Assembly: GCF_000150275.1 (NCBI RefSeq) | Contig: NW_002060949.1 | Span: 4,036,449 to 4,100,448, forward strand | Length of the DNA: 64,000 nt | Origin: Trichoplax adhaerens | Taxonomy: Eukaryota > Animalia > Placozoa | Direction: 5' to 3' | Part shown: positions 25,408 to 36,551 of the stretch, one piece after another | How the letters are laid out: the number at the start of each line of letters is the position of its first letter | How positions within the stretch are numbered: the stretch's first letter is position 1 | Position numbers and translations under genes: made by a program | Notes under the pieces: model-generated | What the model saw: only the letters and a program-made list of their open reading frames with translations | Database searches by the model: none | What the model was told of the DNA's origin: nothing

Positions 25408-26268
25408 ATCATCCAAACATTGCACTCCATCTAGGCATCACTTTTACTCTAGCTAGAACAAACATGGAAAACGCAATCTACCATATCTACTAAAGTACTA
25501 ATCTATCAATCTATCATCCAACATTGCACTCCATCTAGGCATCACTTTTACTCTAGCTAGAATAAACATGGAAAAACGCAATCTTCCGTATCTACTGTAC
25601 TAATCTATCAATCTATCATCCAACATTGCACTCCATCTAGGCATCACTTTTACTCTAGCTAGAATAAACATGGAAAAACGCAATCTACTGTATCTACTGT
25701 ACTAATCTATCTATCATCCAACATTGCACTCCATCTAGGCATCACTTTTACTCTAGCTAGAACAAACATGGAAAAACGCAATCTACCGTATCTACTAAAG
25801 TACTAATCCATCTATCTATCATCCAATATTGCACTCCATCTAGGCATCACTTTTACTCTAGCTAGAATAAACATGGAAAAACGCAATCTACCGTATCTAC
25901 TGTACTAATCTATCAATCTATCATCCAACATTGCACTCCATCTAGGCATCACTTTTACTCTAGCTAGAATAAACATGGAAAAACGCAATCTACTGTATCT
26001 ACTGTACTAATCTATCTATCATCCAACATTGCACTCCATCTAGGCATCACTTTTACTCTAGCTAGAACAAACATGGAAAAACGCAATCTACCGTATCTAC
26101 TAAAGTACTAATCCATCTATCTATCATCCAATATTGCACTCCATCTAGGCATCACTTTTACTCTAGCTAGAATAAACATGGAAAAACGCAATCTACCGTA
26201 TCTACTGTACTAATCTATCTATCTATCATCCAACATTACACTCCATCTAGGCATCACTTTTACTCTAA
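25408..26268. repeat. Minisatellite, ~8.4 x 98-105 bp, with a ~305-bp trimeric higher-order period; probably inside the CHCHD7 5'UTR intron
   Basis: atcatccaacattgcactccatctaggcatcacttttactctagctagaa units. The variant taaagtacta recurs at about 25491, 25796 and 26101. Confidence 0.96.
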
Positions 26269-26424
26269 CTTACATACCATGAAAGGCAATAGAAAGTGCA
26301 CCGGAGTCGCAGATTTTGTACTTTACAGTGAATAATAATAATGATAATAATAATAAAATAATAATAATCAAATTGGTAATCAAGTGAGTAATAAATGCAA
26401 TGAGAATTCTCAGCCCAGCGTGCC

Positions 26425-26705
26425 GCACAGTCCAGTACAGTATAATCCAGTACAGTATACTGTAGTACAGCATAGTACTGTACTGTACAGTACAGTACTG
26501 TATAGTACAGTACAGTATACTGTAGTACTGTACTGTACAGTACAGTACAGTACTGTATAGTACTGTACTGTACAGTACGGTACAGTACGGTACAGGAAAG
26601 GAAATAAGAAAGCAGTACTGTACACTGTACGGTATGGTACCGTACAAAGCAAAAGCTAGAGTACAGTACACTGTACTCTAGTATTTACAGTACATACTAC
26701 TGTAA
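26425..26705. promoter_or_regulatory. Large CAGTA/TACTG pentamer island in the putative CHCHD7-EIF2S1 bidirectional promoter
   Basis: About 280 bp made almost entirely of cagta/tactg/tacag units. It lies between a minus-strand donor (gtatgt at 26277) and a plus-strand 5'UTR donor (gtaagt at 26960). Confidence 0.6.
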
Positions 26706-27075
26706 GCGAACTGAAACAGTCTTGGACTACTAAATTTAGTAGAACTCAACAAAATGATCGCCGGTTTTAGACACAGTAGGATATGGTACAGTACCATACT
26801 ACACATTCTTATGTCTAGTATGCGATTCTCCAGAAGCAGGTGAATGCCACAAAGCTCCGTTTTCACATGCTGGAAGTCGTGCTTTGCTTGGACGTGGGAA
26901 ATCTTCACCTTGTGTTGGAAAGACAGCCTTCATTTACTTTTACAACCTTTAAATCACTGGTAAGTACCTTGGTAATAGCGTAGTAGACTTTATTGGATAG
27001 CAATAAGTCTATTCAATTGAAAATGCTCCGTCTTATTTTGTTCTGATAAAACTTAACTCCGTTAGAAAAAGAAAA

Positions 27076-28792
27076 ATGCCGCTCTCGTGTCGTTACTACT
27101 CCAATAAATTTCCTGAAGTGGAAGATGTTGTCATGGTTAATGTTCGCTCAATTGCAGAAATGGGGGCTTATGTGAATTTACTGGAATATAACAACATCGA
27201 AGGAATGATTTTATTAAGTGAATTATCACGCCGTCGAATTCGTTCCGTCAATAAGTTGATCCGCATTGGTCGTAACGAATGCGTAGTTGTAATTCGTGTT
27301 GATAAAGAGAAAGGATATATTGATTTATCCAAGCGTCGAGTATCACCGGAAGAAGTGAAAAAATGCGAAGAAAAATTTGCTAAAGCTAAAGTGGTAAGCC
27401 CAAAATGGTCATTTTGTAATTGTATACTTGAAATGGAGATCAATTTCTTATTTCAATTCAAATATCTCTAATTCACTTTTACCTACATACATGAATTGTA
27501 TTGCAGGTTAATAGCATCCTACGTAACGTAGCTCAATCACTAAATTATGAAACAAACGAGCAATTAGAAGAACTATACACTAAATCAGCTTGGTATTTTG
27601 ATGAGAGGGATAAGAAGCCCGGAGTTGGTTATGAATACTTTAAACGTGCTATAAGGTAACTTTTTAATAACAACGGAAATAATCAATGATATCACTATTT
27701 ATGCATTACCTTTCATAAACGTTACATCATCAATCAACAATTTCATTTGGTATGGTTGAAACAGGTAAAATGGGTTATTTAAACTTGAGCCATTATTCCT
27801 TTCTATATTAGTGATACCAGTATCGTCGATCAACTTGACTTGGATGATGATGTCAAGGAATGCTTAATAAATCATATAGCTAGAAGACTTAGCCCTCAAA
27901 AAGTTAAAGTTAGAGCTGACATTGAAGTTACTTGCTACACTTATGAAGGCGTTGAAGCCGTTAAGGCAGCTTTACATGCTGGCCTCGAGAAGAGCACTAC
28001 AGAAGTACCTATAAAGGTTGGAAATAACTACTTCATTAATCTCTATCACAGATATCACTAGAATAGCATCATTAAGATAGTTTCCAATCTTATTTCTGTG
28101 ACGAAATATTACTCTCTGTATCACCGTGGACATTTAGAATTCTGAGATTTTAAAAGCCTATGATAAAATTTGCACGTAAAGCGAATGGACGAAAGTGCTA
28201 TCATGAAAATACAATTTTAGTTATTAATGTCGTCGCTTGGAAATTAAATAGGACATGTTCTCATAGTTACTCCGATTATTAATTCAAACTGTTTTGCTAC
28301 ACCTGTCTAGTCATGCTCTAAAATGAACTGCTTAATTGAAATCTAGATTAATTTGATCGCTCCACCGTTATATGTGGTATCAGCTCAAACGATGGATAAA
28401 ACCGAAGGCGTAAAAATAGTTGAAGACGCTATTAAAGCTATCGAGTTAGCAATTAAACAAAAGGAAGGGCAATTTAATGTTCAAATGGCGGTAAGATACG
28501 TGTTTTTATTGTGTGAAAGATTCGAATTAGAACGACTGAAGGATGAATTTTTTATTTAAGACAATATAATTTTATTAAGGATAACTTATGTTTGTGCATA
28601 GGTAGAAACTTTCTTTATGATAGAGAGTAAAGTAAATCTTTGTAATTGTAATTGTATTAACCATGTCAATCTGTTATCCTGCAGCCTAAAGTGGTCACTG
28701 AAACTGATGACGCAGAACTGGTCAAACAGATGGAACAATTTGAAAGGGAGAATCTACAAATCGATGGCGATGATAGCCCAGATGAGGACTAA
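27076..28792 (+). CDS. EIF2S1: Eukaryotic translation initiation factor 2 subunit alpha, 5 coding exons plus a 5'UTR intron (26960-27065)
   Basis: [57 protein letters not shown], with the Ser51 context intact ... [20 protein letters not shown] ... [10 protein letters not shown] ... [26 protein letters not shown]. Confidence 0.98.
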
Positions 28793-29156
28793 GCTAAATT
28801 GTAGAAGACTGTACAGTGAATAAAATTTCAGTTTAAACTATATATCTGCGAATGCTCAATAACTGGCATAATTTTATGCATTTCGTCTACTTAAAGTATA
28901 TAACCATGGTATACTCTAGAATATCAATAGATCAAGGTTCCCGTAAAAAAACCACTAGAAATTAATCTGTAGAACTCGCACTGTAGGTATGCAGTATAAG
29001 CATAATATCATAGCGCCTACTATGCAGTTCTAATGTATATAAACCAGGTTCGTACTGCATTAGTTGGCCTTGACACAATAATATATTTTCAAATAGCTCA
29101 GATTGACCAACTTGCAGTCGAAATTAACACACAGCAGTACAAAATGAATTGCATTA

Positions 29157-32054
29157 TTAGATACCCAAATAGGCCATGTAGCTAAATGCAATGTAAATGG
29201 CAATGATTACAACCAAAATGAGGAAAACGATACTTATTTCTCCTAAAGGACAATTGAAATAATATTAATTAATATTACAATTATTTCATCATTCTATTTC
29301 ACAACTCAATTATTGCTTACTTCTTTTGGGTAAAGTTGTTATACAGAAATTCTTGTCTATTGATATACTTATTAAAGCAATATCACTATCGACAAGTTCG
29401 CGGGCCTCAGATGTACATTTGCTGAACGTTAGGCCTGTAATCACCGAAGCATGAGCGTTTGGAACTCGAATAATAGTCTAAAAGTAGAAAATTTCTGAAT
29501 TGGTCAAAAAAATCACCACACAAAGAAAACATTCAAGTTACGCTGATCGAGTATAAGATGAGGCCGTATGTCCAGGCTTACTTTCAAGTTAAACGTTGTA
29601 CAAATCAAAACACTTCCCTCGGAAGTGCCAAGGCCAAGAAAATGCCCATCGTTACTGTAAGGAAGGGTGCAATAACTTTATAAGATCACTATTATCACAA
29701 GTCAGAATCAAACATAATCATAAATAACTTTTCTAATAACCTGATCACCATTTTCGTAGCACGTTCAGCTCCAATAGCTCTGTATTTTAAAGGGTGATAA
29801 TCATCAGCATTCCATTTTACTAAGTAACATGCACCCTTGCTACTACTAGATAAGGGATTGTGAACGGTATAAAGGCTCTCAGTAGCTCCTACGGCTGTAC
29901 CAAATCTACGAGCAATATAAAGCCCATTAAACTTATTGCGTGCCTTAATTTTAAATTATTGCATCAAACATGACACAAACGATTGTAATACAATAATATG
30001 CATGTTTTTAAAGAGTAAGGATCATTAGTAAAGAAATAGAGATTGTATAGCATGTTATACCAAACTTACCTACAACTTCTAGCAATATATTTGCCTTTAG
30101 CTTTAGAGAAACTGATGGTCAGTTCGGATACTCTTTCACCATTGGTAGAATTCCATACATAGACGTGATTATCACGAGAAACAGATACAATCTACAATTA
30201 CAGTAACAATTATTAAAATCAGTGTAAATAATCCCGATAAATTGTATAACACTATCTACATTGAGGACTTTCACAATATCAAAGTCGATTGGATTAGTTA
30301 TAATTTCTCGTATAAACGAGGTAAGGTGTGTTATAGGTATCTATTTCATGAACGCCATACAATAGAATAAGTATGATCGTTGGTAGGGATAACGATACTG
30401 ATTAATTAATGAAGAATATCTTAATTTGATAAGCTACAATTATCAATAACCTATACTGTATTTTATGCTAATTAAGTTTTACGTAATATATGTTCCACGT
30501 TATCAGAGTCCATCACTGCATAATTATCATACCCTTGTTCCGGTTTCGTTTACATCCATTTCATCAATATCGCCACTATGAGCTGCAATGTCCAGTTGCA
30601 ACTGCAAGTCAGGATACTGTAACAAGATAAAGATACAAACATTAATTTTACAACTAAAATATTCTATGCGTATTTAATTCAATAACATAAAGTTGTAAAT
30701 GAGCTATTTGTATTTGGGCCTTTTGATCCATTCTATATACTCGTATACTGTATACGTATTATATTGACAACCAAACCCTATGATATGTCAATACAGTCCT
30801 AAACTAGCGAGAAAAGCGAGTTATTCAACGATATCGCCATCCATCGATAAAAAAAATGAGCATTGGTCTATTGGTAACAATGTTCAGCATTAAAAGATAC
30901 GAAAAGAATACGAGTACGTACAGTAATGTCATGATATACTACAATATATCCACTAATCTAAGCACTGTTGGCGTTCAAAGAGAATGAATCATAAAGGATA
31001 AGAAGCATCTTGAAGGAAAATTCTCCTCTAAGAAGACGACTTCAGCGATAACTTATTTCGCCATTTTAATATATCTTGGTTTAGGTGAAGGAAAAGCGCC
31101 AATAAGTCTATTAATGCGCTGTCAAATCTACCTTCCATATCCTTATATGGCCATCCATTCCACCAGTAATCATTCTTAATCCGTAGCGAGTAAATAGAAC
31201 AATCTTTTGTCTGGGGCCATCTTCGTTGAAATCAGTTCTAACAGTCAATCCAGGTTCAAGGAGAAGTTTCTTACTGACTTGTGAGAATACTCTAGAACAA
31301 TGAGTTGAATTGTCAACATTTTGGTTGTTTAGCTTGTAAATATCGTCACCTGGTGAAAATAGTATTGGTTCTACTGCTTTTTCTATATTTAATTAATTTA
31401 AAGACATACGTGCTAGTTAGCACTAGCTAACCTATCATTTCCGTCTCCCCTTCTCCTCACCGTCTCGTTGGATTCATTTATTCGAGTATCTTGCCTTATA
31501 GATAAGAGTTGACACTTTTCAGACATTCCACATGCAATCACGCGCTCTTTGGGATGCAATGCAATATTCATTACTGCTTCCGGATCTGTATCATAACGAC
31601 AAACCGGTTCTGCTTGAATAGCGTTGCCGCTACCTTTTGTTAAGTTGTAAATTTCCTAAGAGTGAGGCAAAAAAAAAGAGGATGAGCCAAGGTACAGTAA
31701 TATCACTCCATGATCATCCAATAGACAAGTCTATGCTGCAATCGTTGATTCAATTGACTGGAAGTGTTTCTAGCAACTTCCAAGAATCATCAATGTCGTT
31801 GGACAGAACTACAACTCGACTTTATCCAGTGAGAGATGAGTGTGATGATGATGACAGAATGCAAATGAACTTGTCTATTCATGATGCGACGATTCTATGT
31901 CAGTCATTGAAAGAAAAATGAGATATCCTACCAAAGCATTTGGTACTCCTGTACGCGCAGAACCACCACCACCAGCTAATACGATATGATGATCATCTAA
32001 GGTGGAAATGGCATACAAGGGATAATCCGTTGGAAAGCGTTCCTTGAGACCCAT
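29157..32054 (-). CDS. PREB: Sec12/PREB guanine-nucleotide exchange factor for Sar1 (WD40 domain plus C-terminal TM anchor)
   Basis: Exon 1 (32054-31932) reads MGLKERFPTDYPLYA..LAGGGGSARTGVPNAL, the Sec12 K-loop. WD repeats include QKIVLF..ITGGMDGHIRIWK|YPDL..AHSGDIDEMDV and LGLGTSEGSV..AHASVITGLTF. The last exon is a TM segment, ISIVFLILVVIIAIYIAFSYMAYLGI*. Confidence 0.92.
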
Positions 32055-32429
32055 GGATGCTAGAAATGCGTTACAACTTGAATGTGGTGAAGAGTAGTAA
32101 TGATAATGATCTCTACCTAAGCCTACACGGTCAATAATAGTCAATGTAATGACTAAGCCACTTGAATTGGATGCCTAGATAGAAATCCTAGATCAATAGA
32201 CAATCTCAACTACACATACACAGCACACGACTGTATTAAGGTTGCTTTTGATGATCGAAATCGCAAAAGTCGATGAAAGAGGAAGGAATAGTCTTGGCAG
32301 AAATTGTTGTATACCTGTTAGCTATCCAATGTGCAGTGATTGACCAATCGAATAATACCGTAATGTGCACGGCAGCTGCGATGTCAGTAAGGTATGAGAT
32401 TGGCTGACGATGTTGACTATACATGATCA

Positions 32430-32985
32430 TGACACAGTACTCGACCGTATACAGTACCGTATATTGACAGGACTTGATCGGGGTACTGGTGCTATCTGCA
32501 TTACAGTAGATCACGCGTAAAGTACTGTACACTGTACACTGTACAGTATTGTAGTGGAAGCCATAGTCCAGTACTGTACTTAGTACTGTACTCAGTACCA
32601 CGCTCAGTACTGTAACAAGTGTACAGTACAGTGTGAACCAGTTCGAATCAGAGTACTTTAAGGTACCCTAAAATCACGAGTGTGAATCAAAATGTAATAA
32701 GAATTATACGAATATAAAGCTGAATATCTGTATGTATATAGAATTTTAGGCAAATTTTGCAAGTTTACTACAATTTATTTTGCCTAATAGCACTCTAAAG
32801 AGAGCTGGCTCACACTGGTACAGTACATCAGACTGTCAGAGACGCACACGAAACAATATAAAGTACTGTACAGTGTACAATACAGTATTGTACTAGAAGC
32901 CACAGTCCAGTACTGTACTTAGTACTGCACTCGGTACTACGGTAAGTACTGTACAAGTGTACAGTACAGTACATTAGACTGTAAT
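32430..32985. promoter_or_regulatory. CAGTA/TACTG pentamer island, internally duplicated, upstream of PREB
   Basis: aagtactgtaca(c/g)tgtaca..tacagtattgta..gaagcca(t/c)agtccagtactgtacttagtactg occurs at about 32520 and about 32861. Confidence 0.55.
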
Positions 32986-35111
32986 AGACGCACACGAAAC
33001 AATATGAAACTTGTTACCCCTGTGGAATCAGATCCACGGTGATGATGACGTGTCACAATATGAGTGATGCGACGTGCAGTGTGTAACTTGTGGAGCGAAT
33101 CGATGGACAGTGGACACACCCTGCATGACGTCCTACAACTGTGATAGACTTTGCTTTGAATGAATTGATCATGTTGGACTGACGACAGTCTCGAGAAAAG
33201 AGAAAGCGGATCAAACTCACGACTAATAACTACTGTAAGCAAGGATGAGTAAGCGTTATGGCCGCTATCGTGCATTTATTCAGTACAAAGTCAAAATTCA
33301 AGGACAGTTAGTATCAAAGTTGAACAACTTCAGTTCAGAAATTAGAATATTTTCCCTTTAAAAAACAAAATAATAAAAATGATCAATTTTATGCAATGAG
33401 CAACGACAAACAAATGGTGTTGCTTTGAAATACGGTAAGGTAGAGTCATATTGAAAAAGAAAGGGAAGAATACTGTCACGCTGAATTTTATGTCGTTAGC
33501 ACAGTAGAAGAAATTCTAGGTTCAAGCTTAAAAAGCTTTTATATTACTGAACAAGATGGGTCACGTAGTAGCAGGTTTACTGCTTAATACATGAAAAAGT
33601 CCATTCATTTCTCGCTATCTTTTCCTCTACAGGACAGTGTAGGTTGACAACTATCTTAGTACGGTACGCTATGGACTTTTCTTGGAGTAATTCATGGGTA
33701 TACGTATTGGAACTGTGCGGGATAATATTTGGTATCCATCTCTACAACATCAAATTTACTCTAATTCAGAGTACCGATTCCGGTTCGGTCGGTCCAACCT
33801 AGATAAAGCGAAATTTGGAATAATTAATTCAATTCATTAATTACATATTTATAAAGACGGATGTCAGGATAAAAGAACGATCAACAATACCTTACGAGAG
33901 GTACTGCAAAACACAGTACATCCATCAACAGATGAAAGTCCGCTTCAGTTTCCTACTACTGTACTGGATATATATATATATATATATATTAATGAGCATG
34001 CTGTCATTTTGCAATTTCAACCTTATTGCATCTATTCCTCATTGTACAGTATACTGTATACGAAGGCATGAATCAGCCATGAAAAATGAAATTTTATTTC
34101 ATTGACAATTTAGGTCTTATAATAGTAGCATGCATCGTACACAATACAAGTATAGACCGTTACGCAATCTTGGTTAAATCAGAGGTTAGATCTTCATGTA
34201 ATTGAGCCATACTACATCTCAGAGAAATTATGCTTTGATGAGGCCTGCACTGAACGCATTCCTTATACCGCCGTACATACGGGTACACAAAATTCGAACC
34301 AGTCAGGTTTGACTAGTTCTGAAATGATGAGCACTCGTAACTACAACATAGGATAACTACGGAAAAACTTTACTTTAGCATTGATCCATCACTAATGGCA
34401 ACTGTAACAACACTCGTATAGCTATGTAGTCCTATATTCAACATCGACTATTCATTTTGGATACTGTAGCAATCATCTTCGGAATGATAGAGACGCACAA
34501 TCATACAAACAATTATACATAATACACTGGTATTAAAGTATAATTACGTATTTACGGTATTCTTTTATGGATCTATTTCCAAACTAATGAAGGGATAATT
34601 TTGAGTGATCTATCGCTAACCTCAACTTTAAAAGTAAAGTATTCATTTCCTACAAACCCGTCCGATCAAACACCCTTGCAATAACTCAATTGATATACAA
34701 CAATAAACCAACTATTATCAGTATCAATCCCATCAATATTCATAAATAGAATCAGTCGTACTCGCATTTGACATCAGTTAAAGTGTTATTATTCATTCAC
34801 TATCGATGTAATACTCGTACTGTATTTAAAATGTACTCACTGCTTGACTTTTTTCGGCAAAGGAAGAAGCGAATAAAGTAAAACATAATACGTAAGGCAT
34901 ATGTACGTAAAGAATTCAATTGATGAGGTTGCTATGCAACATGAGATAAGCAAGTATATCTTATACTCGTATTTCTATAAAACTTTTCTTAAACTTTGAC
35001 AATAATCCTGCCAACAATGGACTTCCATAATATCAACCAATTTAAGTCACTATGATGTTTATATTAGCGATACAATGGCTGAATATCATTATAATCGCCA
35101 CTGCTTGGCAG

Positions 35112-35118
35112 TATAAAA
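35112..35118 (+). promoter_or_regulatory. TATA box of the GPCR gene; a 5'UTR intron is predicted at about 35171-35332
   Basis: TATAAAA, then a short leader, donor cg|gtatgt and acceptor ttctag|, all before ATG 35490. Confidence 0.45.
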
Positions 35119-35489
35119 TGCGTGGACAGTCGGCATCATTTTGCCCTTGGATAATAACCAACTTTAAACGGTATGTACCCTCATCCATTTACTGATTCTA
35201 AAATCGCATTACTTTCCCTTTATCCTATGTAATTTTAATACGCCGTAAGATACCTTGACGTTTCCACCATGGCTCCAGTACTGGACTCGTAAAATCATTA
35301 AGTTAACATGAAAAATACGGTATCATTTCTAGACACGAGGGGGTTTCTTCTCGCAATTACAACAGATCTATTTTAAAGATTGCAACTCGTGCATAAGTTA
35401 TACTGTTTAACAATCATCTCTCTATCATCTACAACAAACGTTCAAGATTTCAATTTTTCAATTCAATCTATTCTCTTACGTAATTGATA

Positions 35490-36551
35490 ATGTCTAATAT
35501 TAGTGGCAATCTTTCCAGCAATGTAGACAGCAGCACTCAAACAGCAGCTAGTATTGTGGGTTATACGATCATCGGTATCGTTTCTCTTTTTGGTAATGTT
35601 ATAATATCGGTGATTACATTACAAAGAAAAACAGGCAGAACCCCTATTGATATATTAATTTTTGCACTTGCAATTGGCGATTTAATTATTACTGTTACTA
35701 TCCCTTTTGTAGCCGTTGTCTCTCTCAATTCAGTATTTGCCTTTGGCCTAGCTGGATGTAAATTGCTGTTTGGCGTACGCAATGTAGCTATTTACGCTTC
35801 TTCATTCACTCTAGTAGTTATTGCCTTGGAGCGTTATCGTACAACATTTGATTTATCACGGTCACGCCGTGATTTACGACAAACTACTGTTTTAATTGCT
35901 ATTACTTGGGTTATAGCTATAGGATTAACAATCCCTCAATTTATCGTGCTTCGCTTGGTAACATACCCTGGTGTCGGTATTTATTGCTTGGAAGTATGGG
36001 GGAATGATACGATTGTTGGTCGAAAAGCTTATAGCCTAGTCTTATTCTGTTTAACATTTGCAATCCCATTTATTACAGTTACTGTCTCTAACATTATCAT
36101 ATTTCATAAGTTATTCCATGCTAAAGGTCACTCATCAACCAATCAAGTTAGATTAAAAGCTAAAGGACAAGTAGTTATGGTTATGGTTGCTGTATCGGCG
36201 GTATTTTTTATTTGCTTGTTACCAATTTACATGATCAATACATTAGCGGACTTTCAAGCAATAACATATACGCCATCGGTCGTCGCATTGTCTGAAATTT
36301 TCACTTGGATAGCTTACTCCCATAGCATGTGGAATCCTATCATCTATATTATTGGAAGTTCAAAAATGAGAAAATCTTGTAAAATTCTATTTAAAATTGA
36401 AAAACATGAAACTAGCATCCATTACAAAGGCGAACAAAATACACTATCTAGAAATAGCCTTAAAAAACAAAATCGACTTTCTTCTAATAATAAGATCGCA
36501 CCATTAATTGCCTCAGTACCAGCCGATGAATTAGTGTCAGTGAGATCTTAA
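35490..36551 (+). CDS. Rhodopsin-family (class A) GPCR, peptide-receptor-like, single coding exon, 353 aa
   Basis: Seven hydrophobic helices with GN (TM1), LAIGD (TM2), GCK (top of TM3), ERY, TM4 W..P, ECL2 YCLEVW, FAIP (TM5), FFICLLP (TM6) and NPIIY (TM7). N-terminal N-glycosylation sequons NIS and NLS are present. Confidence 0.95.
   Translation: MSNISGNLSSNVDSSTQTAASIVGYTIIGIVSLFGNVIISVITLQRKTGRTPIDILIFALAIGDLIITVTIPFVAVVSLNSVFAFGLAGCKLLFGVRNVAIYASSFTLVVIALERYRTTFDLSRSRRDLRQTTVLIAITWVIAIGLTIPQFIVLRLVTYPGVGIYCLEVWGNDTIVGRKAYSLVLFCLTFAIPFITVTVSNIIIFHKLFHAKGHSSTNQVRLKAKGQVVMVMVAVSAVFFICLLPIYMINTLADFQAITYTPSVVALSEIFTWIAYSHSMWNPIIYIIGSSKMRKSCKILFKIEKHETSIHYKGEQNTLSRNSLKKQNRLSSNNKIAPLIASVPADELVSVRS

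Noticed and set aside
26270-26671. ORFs rich in YCTV/QYST (also 26410-26652, 32236-32601, 32937-33275)
   Set aside because: These are translations of the CAGTA/TACTG pentamer islands, not proteins.
27168-27443. Antisense or off-frame ORFs over real genes (also 35561-35782, 51142-51360, 46082-46428, 12868-13101)
   Set aside because: They are shadows of EIF2S1, GPCR, TSR and LMBRD1 exons.
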